This document shows positions 58,057 through 64,000 of a stretch of DNA of 64,000 bases, piece after piece (the stretch's first letter is position 1; each line of letters starts with the position of its first letter). The translations under genes were made by a program, and so were the position numbers. The notes below the pieces were generated by a model. The model did not search any database and was not told the origin of the DNA. It saw only the letters and a list, made by a program, of their open reading frames with translations. The stretch lies in NCBI GenBank assembly GCA_964596775.1, contig CAZQVN010000002.1, positions 156,296 through 220,295 on the forward strand, read 5' to 3'. This DNA comes from an uncultured bacterium. Its GTDB lineage: Bacteria > Eisenbacteria > RBG-16-71-46 > JABDJR01 > JAWXBZ01.

Positions 58057-58991
58057 CCCGCTACAGGGAGATCGATCCGGCACTTGTCGCCACGCGCCCG
58101 GTGGCCGGCAGGGAAACCCGATTCAACGTTGCGGACCTGGCCCGTCGGGTCGAGGCGGCGGATGCCAGGCTCCTCTCCGCGCTGCCGGATGTACTGGGAG
58201 CGTCGTCGCTTCGGGCGGTGATTGACGCCGCGGGCCGGGCCTCCAGAACCGGAAAGCCGATAATCCTGATGCTCGGCGGGCATGTCATCAAGACCGGTTG
58301 CTCGCCGTTTCTGATTCAACTCATGGAGCTGGGGATCGTTCGTGCGGTGGCAATGAATGGAGCCACGGCCATTCACGATTTCGAAATCGCATCCTTCGGC
58401 GCCACTTCCGAGGATGTCGAGGCGGAACTCGATTCCGGAACGTTCGGAATGTCCAGGGAAACAGCCGAGGCCATGAACGGGGCCACTGGTGATGCCGCGG
58501 CGCGGCAGGAAGGTCTCGGTGAGGGATTGGGGCGCCATCTGCAGGAAGCACCGCACGCGGCCGTTTCGATCCTGGCCGCTGCGTACAGGCTCTCCATTCC
58601 CGCCACGGTTCACGTGGCTCTAGGCACCGATGTTCTGCATCAGCATTCCACCGCCGACGGCGCGGCCATCGGCGAGACAAGCCTGAGAGACTTTCGCATC
58701 CTGGCCGGTTCCATGAGCCCGCTGTCCGGTGGAGTCGTCCTCAATTTCGGCTCGGCGGTGATCCTCCCGGAGGTGTTTCTCAAGGCATTTTCGCTGATCA
58801 CTAACCTTGGCGAGGAGGTTCGGGATCTGACGACCTGCGACTTCGACTTTATCCGGCACTACCGCCCGATGCGCAACGTGGTCCAGAGGCCCACGGCCGG
58901 GGGAAGAGGGCAGGGATACGCCATTACCGGCCATCACGAAGTCATGATTCCTCTTCTGGTCGCGGGTATCCTCGAGAATCTGGAGAGGTAA
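58053..58991 (+). CDS. Deoxyhypusine-synthase-like (DHS-like NAD-binding fold) protein
   Basis: PIILMLGGHVIKTGCSPFL...VRAVAMNGATAIHDFEIA and C-terminal ...GHHEVMIPLLVAGILENL resemble DHS blocks (IFLGYTSNLISSG / VTTAGGVEEDLIK / SLVFPLLVAETF). Recalled from memory, so weak. Confidence 0.4.
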   Translation: MTRYREIDPALVATRPVAGRETRFNVADLARRVEAADARLLSALPDVLGASSLRAVIDAAGRASRTGKPIILMLGGHVIKTGCSPFLIQLMELGIVRAVAMNGATAIHDFEIASFGATSEDVEAELDSGTFGMSRETAEAMNGATGDAAARQEGLGEGLGRHLQEAPHAAVSILAAAYRLSIPATVHVALGTDVLHQHSTADGAAIGETSLRDFRILAGSMSPLSGGVVLNFGSAVILPEVFLKAFSLITNLGEEVRDLTTCDFDFIRHYRPMRNVVQRPTAGGRGQGYAITGHHEVMIPLLVAGILENLER

Positions 58992-59008
58992 GCGACCTTC
59001 AGAGTCCT

Positions 59009-59037
59009 TGACTCGGGACAGTTGCGCCGATAAGCTT
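59009..59037 (+). promoter_or_regulatory. Sigma70-like promoter candidate TTGACT-N17-TAAGCT upstream of the wza operon, followed by a 270-nt leader
   Basis: CCTTGACTCGGGA (identical to 52683..52695)...TAAGCT at 59032..59037. Confidence 0.4.
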
Positions 59038-59308
59038 TATGAGGTTTTAATTTCACCCCCCACACTCGGGAGACACCGCAGGTCACTGGCTATTGAGTCT
59101 GAATGGAGTTGAATCAGCTCCGTAACTCACAGTCCGACAGAAACTTCCGTTTGTTCCATGGCCGGACACGGAGGCTTCCGTACGCTGCCCAGGACCGCCG
59201 GGTGGGCTCTGACCCCCCTGTTTTTGCAACCTCAAAAAGGCAGGAGCATCGTCGGAAGGGAATCCGCCGGCTAATTTTGGGGAAAAAGCAACCGATATAC
59301 AGAAACCT

Positions 59309-60145
59309 ATGGGACATGGAATCGTGCAGAAAACCAGATCAGCCCAGTCCGCAACTCTTGTTGCGAGCCTTCTCCTGGCCGCCGTTTCCCTCTCCGCGTG
59401 CGGAGGAAGCAGGAACATTGCCCTGAACGGACTTACCGTCGTCAAGGACGAGGATGTCGTCGTTTTCAGTCCGGCCGATACCACTTACATCGATCCCTCG
59501 TACCGGTTGGGACCTGGAGATGAGATTGAGATGAACTTTCTGTTCGACCGGGGGCTGAATTCGCGCGTCATCGTGCGGCCGGACGGGGGGATCAACCTTC
59601 CGATTCTCGGGGATGTCATCGTTGCTGGGGAGACACCTGGGCATCTTGCCGAGCAGATTGCATCCGCCTACAGCCGCTACTACACGAATCCCCAACTGTC
59701 CATCAATCTGACCAAGTATGCGCCCGCAGAATGTTATGTGATGGGTGCCGTCAAGTATCCCAAGGCTGTGGAGATCCGGCCCGGAATGTCCCTGGCAGGT
59801 GCGCTCGCCGCAGCCGGTGGCAGTGAGCAGGGAGCAAACCTGAAAAGTCTGCTTCTGATTCGAAGAATGTCCCACAAACAGGCCATTGCCCGCCGGATCG
59901 ACATGGCGGCCCTCATGGGAGGCAAGGGGATGTCCAGCGATCTCTACCTCCAGGATTACGACATCATTTTCGTTCCGACCACCTTTTTGGCCAAATTGAC
60001 CGGCACGATCCGCCAGGTATTCGACAGCGCAATGCTCTTGCCGGTTTTCTACCTGCGTGGGTGGGAGGCGTTTCATACGGACCTCGTTTACAATCGGCAG
60101 ATACGTCCGAGTGAAGTCCCCACCACTTCCACGGAGACGAACTGA
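59309..60145 (+). CDS. wza: Polysaccharide export outer-membrane lipoprotein (Wza-like: Poly_export + SLBB)
   Basis: Lipobox LLAAVSLSACGG. Poly_export motif YRLGPGDEIEMNFLFDRGLNSRVIVRPDGGINLPILGDVIVAGETPGHLAEQIASAY. SLBB ...YVMGAVKYPKAVEIRPGMSLAGALAAAGG. Confidence 0.75.
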   Translation: MGHGIVQKTRSAQSATLVASLLLAAVSLSACGGSRNIALNGLTVVKDEDVVVFSPADTTYIDPSYRLGPGDEIEMNFLFDRGLNSRVIVRPDGGINLPILGDVIVAGETPGHLAEQIASAYSRYYTNPQLSINLTKYAPAECYVMGAVKYPKAVEIRPGMSLAGALAAAGGSEQGANLKSLLLIRRMSHKQAIARRIDMAALMGGKGMSSDLYLQDYDIIFVPTTFLAKLTGTIRQVFDSAMLLPVFYLRGWEAFHTDLVYNRQIRPSEVPTTSTETN

Positions 60146-60146
60146 C

Positions 60147-61505
60147 ATGTCGGAACCTACCGTAATTCGCCAGGCGACAACACGTGACTTTCTGTCCGTC
60201 GTATTTCGCCAGTTGTGGGTCATCGTCACGGTTTTCCTGATTGCGGTCGTGTCGGTGATCGTCGTTTCATGGCGCAGCCCCACCGTTTATGAATCGGAAA
60301 GCCGCGTTCTGGTCAGCCGCGGAAGAAAACAGAGCGTTCTGAATCCGAACCTCCAGGTCTTTTCCTGGGAGGAAGAGGTCAGTTCCGAGATAGAAACGGT
60401 AAAGTCCTTTCCCGTGGCACAGCGGGCCCAGAAGATTCTGGATGAGTGGGCCTCCAACGGCACCCTCAACGCTCCCATCCGGATTCAGATGTCGGGCGTC
60501 GACGCGGGGGTCGTCGAGAAATCCAACGTCATCAAGATCAGCTACTCAGGACGTCATCCAGAGGCCTGTGTGCCGGTGACGAACGCATTTACCCAGGCCT
60601 ACATGGATTTCCGCAAGGAGTCGACAACTGTTCCTTTCGTCAACGAGTTCTTCGCCCGAGAGATTGCATCAGTGGATTCGGCCATGGCCAGTGTTCTGAC
60701 CCGCCGCGGGCTATACCTTGATGAAACAGGCACCGTTGCGCCGTCCGAAGAGCGTCACGAGCTGTTCAACCTGTTGAACGGGGCGGAGTATGAACTCGTG
60801 TCGGTTCAGCAGGCCATACGTGTCAACGATCAGAATCTCCGCAGGGCGAAGGAGTATATCGATTCTCCCGTCGGGCCGGATCCAGCCTTTTTCTCGTCAC
60901 TCGACCTTGGCAACGCAAACAGCTTGTCGTCGTTGCAGCAGAAGGTAAACGAGCTCGAACAACAGAGAGAGACTCTCCTCCCGACTCAGACTGAGCAGCA
61001 TCCGCAACTCAAGGGAGTTATAAGCGCCCTTGCCGAAACACGCGCCCAGGTTCGCCGCGAAGCCATCGCTTCCATGGAACTCATCAAGGCCAAGGGGGAG
61101 GCACTCAAGGAAAGACTGGTTGTTCTCGAGGCAAAGGCCGCCGGGTACCGCCGTCAACTGCAGGAGATTCCGGAGCGGGAGACGACACTTGACGCTCTGA
61201 ATCACGAGATGAACACTCTCAGAGATCGCTACAAGGAACTTGTAGGCAAGGAGATTCAGGCGAGAATCGCCCAGGCGACGAGCCCCGATTTCACCGTGAC
61301 CCTGTTCTCACCCGCCGGTCGACCGATTGCCTTGCGGACGACGGATTATGTGAGACTTGCTCTGGCGCCGATTCTTTCCCTTATCGTCGGTCTGATGCTG
61401 GCATTTTTCCTGGACAGTCTTGATCACTCGTTGAAGAGCGCCACGGACATCGAGGAATTCCTTGGTATCCCCGTTCTCGCGTCCCTTCCCGAATCGAAGA
61501 GCTGA
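60147..61505 (+). CDS. Polysaccharide chain-length determinant (PCP/Wzz/GumC-like) protein
   Basis: ATG 60147 two nt after the wza stop. N-terminal TM LWVIVTVFLIAVVSVIVV. Periplasmic coiled-coil region. C-terminal TM LALAPILSLIVGLMLAFFL. No kinase domain fused. Confidence 0.65.
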   Translation: MSEPTVIRQATTRDFLSVVFRQLWVIVTVFLIAVVSVIVVSWRSPTVYESESRVLVSRGRKQSVLNPNLQVFSWEEEVSSEIETVKSFPVAQRAQKILDEWASNGTLNAPIRIQMSGVDAGVVEKSNVIKISYSGRHPEACVPVTNAFTQAYMDFRKESTTVPFVNEFFAREIASVDSAMASVLTRRGLYLDETGTVAPSEERHELFNLLNGAEYELVSVQQAIRVNDQNLRRAKEYIDSPVGPDPAFFSSLDLGNANSLSSLQQKVNELEQQRETLLPTQTEQHPQLKGVISALAETRAQVRREAIASMELIKAKGEALKERLVVLEAKAAGYRRQLQEIPERETTLDALNHEMNTLRDRYKELVGKEIQARIAQATSPDFTVTLFSPAGRPIALRTTDYVRLALAPILSLIVGLMLAFFLDSLDHSLKSATDIEEFLGIPVLASLPESKS

Positions 61506-61508
61506 AGC

Positions 61509-62294
61509 ATGAGCAAGATCTTCGACGCCCTTCGCAAGGCCGAAGGCGCCACCGACAAGGCCGAGTCGCCGGAGCAACCGGCGGCTTCGGTTCATTCCCG
61601 GCAGGACGTGGAGCCCGAGCGAGCCCGTCCGGCGCAAATCGACATCAATCCGTCGAACCTGGACCTGCCGCTTGAGTTCGCACGCGAATTGGGGACCCTG
61701 CGGGGGAGCCTGGACCAGCTTCTCCCCGGCCGCACGCAAAGGACGCTCATGGTATGCGGAGCTCTGGAAGCGGAGGGGGCGTCCACGGTGGCCGTGGCCC
61801 TGTCACGGCTTCTCGCGGAGGATGAGGGGGTGCGGGTCGCGCTGGTGGACGCGGACCTCAGGGGTGTGAGGCGCCGACTGCCCACGCTGCCGTCTGAGCA
61901 GGGCTTCGCGGGTGTTCTTGGCGACCAGATACCCGTTGCCGAAGCACTGGTTGGGACAACGCTGGAAAACCTTGTCGTCCTCCCTGGCTCGGTCGCCGAG
62001 GAGAGTCCGCTGCGCCTGCTGACGGCAGAGAATTTTCGGAGGTCCCTGGAATACCTCAAGAAACACTTTCACTATGTGATCATCGATTCCGCACCCATTC
62101 TCGAGGCTCCGGAAGCCGCGGGCGTCATCAATCAGACGGACGGAGTCATCCTCGTCGTTCGCGCCGCGCGCACCAAACGCGAAGTTGTTCAACGAGCGAT
62201 AGAGACCGTGGAAAAGCTCCAGGGGCGGGTGCTCGGCGCTGTTCTGAATCGCCGGCAGTACGTGATCCCGGAGTTCATCTATCGCCGGATCTGA
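61509..62294 (+). CDS. BY-kinase-like (Wzc C-terminal/CpsD-type) protein with Lys-less Walker A
   Basis: N-terminus MSKIFDALRKAEG resembles exopolysaccharide-locus tyrosine autokinases. Walker A position reads MVCGALEAEGASTVAVALS (E-G-A-S-T instead of G-x-G-K-T). Walker A' VALVDADLRG and Walker B-like YVIIDSAPIL are retained. Only two C-terminal Tyr (YVIPEFIYRRI). Confidence 0.6.
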   Translation: MSKIFDALRKAEGATDKAESPEQPAASVHSRQDVEPERARPAQIDINPSNLDLPLEFARELGTLRGSLDQLLPGRTQRTLMVCGALEAEGASTVAVALSRLLAEDEGVRVALVDADLRGVRRRLPTLPSEQGFAGVLGDQIPVAEALVGTTLENLVVLPGSVAEESPLRLLTAENFRRSLEYLKKHFHYVIIDSAPILEAPEAAGVINQTDGVILVVRAARTKREVVQRAIETVEKLQGRVLGAVLNRRQYVIPEFIYRRI

Positions 62295-62316
62295 CGGAAC
62301 AGTTTCCGCAACCCCG

Positions 62317-63141
62317 ATGCCCGGAGTGTCCATCCTCATGCGAACCCGCGATGCCGGCCCCCGGTTCGAGGAGGTACTTTCCGCAGTTCGGTCCCAGGAC
62401 TGGCATGACTACGAGATTGTGGTCGTCGACTCCGGATCGCGGGATGGGACCGTTGAACTGGCCGGCTCTTTCGGCGCCCGCATTGTCCATCTCGAGCCCC
62501 GGGAATTCACGCACGCCCGTTCCATGAATCTCGGGTTCGAATCGAGCCGAGGACATCTCGTCGTCAGTCTTTCACAGGACGCCACTCCGGTGTCCGGTAA
62601 CTGGCTGGGCGCTCTCGTTTCCGCAATCCAGCCCGGGAATGTAGCCGCTGTCTTCGGCCGCCAGGTTCCGCGGCCCGGATGTTTCTACGTTGAAAGATCC
62701 GAGATCCAGAGGGCTTATCCGGAGTCGGGCGACGAACCCCGGACCCTGTTCTCCAACGTGAACTCGATAACGCGACGTGAGTTGTGGGAGCGCCGGCCAT
62801 TCGATGAAAGCCTGAGAATCGCCGAAGACCAGGACTGGGTACTCTGGGCTCAATCTCAGGGATTCGTCATTGGATACGAACCTGGTGCCGTGGTTCTGCA
62901 CTCACATGACTACTCAGTCTCGCAGTTTTTCAGAAGGTGTCATGAGGAAGGCCGGGCCCTCGCTGCGTTCCGGGGATATCGGCCGGGGTTGCGGTCGATC
63001 CTTCTCGGGTGGCCCCGCCAGGTCGCGGTGGACTTCGACGCGCTGCTCAGGAGCAGAAACCTGACGGCATGGCCCCGGGTCTGCCTTTTCCGCCTGGCCC
63101 AACTGACGGCCAGTTACCTCGGTGCGAAGCGGGTCCAATGA
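62317..63141 (+). CDS. Glycosyltransferase family 2
   Basis: VSILMRTRDAGPRFEEVLSAVRSQDWHDYEIVVVDSGSRDGT...LSQDATP (DxD-like) ... Confidence 0.7.
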   Translation: MPGVSILMRTRDAGPRFEEVLSAVRSQDWHDYEIVVVDSGSRDGTVELAGSFGARIVHLEPREFTHARSMNLGFESSRGHLVVSLSQDATPVSGNWLGALVSAIQPGNVAAVFGRQVPRPGCFYVERSEIQRAYPESGDEPRTLFSNVNSITRRELWERRPFDESLRIAEDQDWVLWAQSQGFVIGYEPGAVVLHSHDYSVSQFFRRCHEEGRALAAFRGYRPGLRSILLGWPRQVAVDFDALLRSRNLTAWPRVCLFRLAQLTASYLGAKRVQ

Positions 63142-64000
63142 ACACCTTCCAGTACACCGCCGATGGAAGCCCCGAAGCCGAGTCCCGCGTTCGCGAAGAT
63201 CTCGACCGCATAGTGTCCACGACACTCCGGCATCTTCCCGAAGAGTCCATCGACCTGATCGCCGTGGGGGGAGGTTTTGGTCGCGGCGAGGGGGGCGTGA
63301 TCCGGAACTCCGAAGGGACGCTTCATGCGTTCAACGACTACGACATCGTCGTCCTTACGACCGGTCGACCGGACGGGGACGGTCTCCTTGCCGCCGCTCC
63401 GGGCCTTGCCGGCGAGATCGGGGTGGACTTCGTCGACTTCGGAATACTGGATCGGGGAGCCCTTGATCGCGTGGCGCCCACGGTGTTCTGGTACGAATTC
63501 CTGGCCGGTCATCGAGTCCTTCACGGACCTCAAGACGCACTTGCCGGCATCCCCCGGATCGATCCGGCGACCATGGACGCCATCGAGGCTACCCGTCTGT
63601 TGATCAACCGCGGCATGGGTCTCCTCTGGGCATGGCTCCATCTGGAAGATGCGGGAAAAAATGCGAAGACATACGATGGGCTGCGTCACAGATTCACCGT
63701 AAACGCGATGCACAAGGCCGTCCTGTCCATGGGGGACGCTGCCCTGATCCGATCCTCGCGCTATCACCTGAGCTATCGGGAAAGGGCCCGACTCATCGCT
63801 TCCCCCGGGGTGACCCTCCCGCCCGGTTTCTCCGAGGACTTCCGGTCAGCCCACGGCGCGGCGACCCGCTTCAAGCTTCATCCCGAAATCCCTCCCGCGG
63901 ATCTTCCCGAACTCCGTGATCGGTGGCACACGATTCGATCATGGCACGAGGCGTTCTTCAGGTGGGTCGAGGAAGAGCGGCTGGGGCGGTCCATCGGTGC
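63138..64000 (+). CDS. Hypothetical protein with Pol-beta-type nucleotidyltransferase-like N-terminus (partial, continues beyond window end)
   Basis: Own translation from ATG 63138, which overlaps the GT2 stop (ATGA): MNTFQYTADGSPEAESRVREDLDRIVSTTLRHLPEESIDLIAVGGGFGRGEGGVIRNSEGTLHAFNDYDIVVL... This fits the minimal NTase pattern (hG[GS]...DhDh). No stop before 64000, so absent from the ORF track. Confidence 0.3.
   Translation, partial: MNTFQYTADGSPEAESRVREDLDRIVSTTLRHLPEESIDLIAVGGGFGRGEGGVIRNSEGTLHAFNDYDIVVLTTGRPDGDGLLAAAPGLAGEIGVDFVDFGILDRGALDRVAPTVFWYEFLAGHRVLHGPQDALAGIPRIDPATMDAIEATRLLINRGMGLLWAWLHLEDAGKNAKTYDGLRHRFTVNAMHKAVLSMGDAALIRSSRYHLSYRERARLIASPGVTLPPGFSEDFRSAHGAATRFKLHPEIPPADLPELRDRWHTIRSWHEAFFRWVEEERLGRSIG

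Overview
The window is high-GC (roughly 65-70% by eye), compact, chromosomal-looking bacterial DNA. Genes are tightly packed, many adjacent genes overlap by 4 nt (ATGA/GTGA/TGATG), and GTG/TTG starts are frequent. I found no rRNA, tRNA, CRISPR array, transposase or integrase. Gene content from start to end: (1) LPS/lipid-A export and core-glycosylation genes on the minus strand (msbA-like ABC exporter, GT9 heptosyltransferase, two GT4 glycosyltransferases, the last one running off the window start). (2) A 1.6-kaa gingipain-like (peptidase C25) protein with FG-GAP repeats and a type IX secretion (T9SS) C-terminal sorting domain. (3) DUF2203 and RadC genes. (4) ADP-heptose pathway genes encoded as two overlapping genes (kinase + adenylyltransferase). 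(5) A COG2403/cyclic-2,3-diphosphoglycerate-synthetase-like P-loop protein. (6) sucCD, ndk, and the classic yceD-rpmF-plsX-fabHDG-acpP-fabF-rnc cluster. (7) A minus-strand operon of an aromatic-rich lipoprotein carrying a CxxCH motif plus a FadL/TodX-family outer-membrane barrel, divergent from an ECF sigma / zinc-finger anti-sigma / HtrA-like module whose protease triad looks degenerate. (8) aroB, then accB-pilT-accC (pilT sits inside the usual accBC pair), a ComB-like phosphatase, and thiE-lptG-lptF. (9) A 2,248-aa SprA/Sov-like giant outer-membrane protein translationally coupled to an M28/glutaminyl-cyclase-like lipoprotein. (10) rimP-nusA-infB-DUF503-rbfA-truB-ribF, then rpsO-pnp, an M16 peptidase, dut, DUF3108 and a deoxyhypusine-synthase-like protein. 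(11) An exopolysaccharide export locus: Wza, a PCP/Wzz-like protein, a BY-kinase-like protein lacking the Walker-A lysine, a GT2, and a partial nucleotidyltransferase-like gene at the window end. The T9SS signatures (CTD cargo, SprA-like translocon, cargo-processing cyclase) together with high GC suggest, by inference only, an FCB-superphylum/Gemmatimonadota-like organism. The most unusual items are the T9SS module, the CxxCH lipoprotein/FadL operon beside a degenerate-HtrA ECF module, the pilT insertion in accBC, the Lys-less BY-kinase, and two short non-coding motifs that each occur twice.
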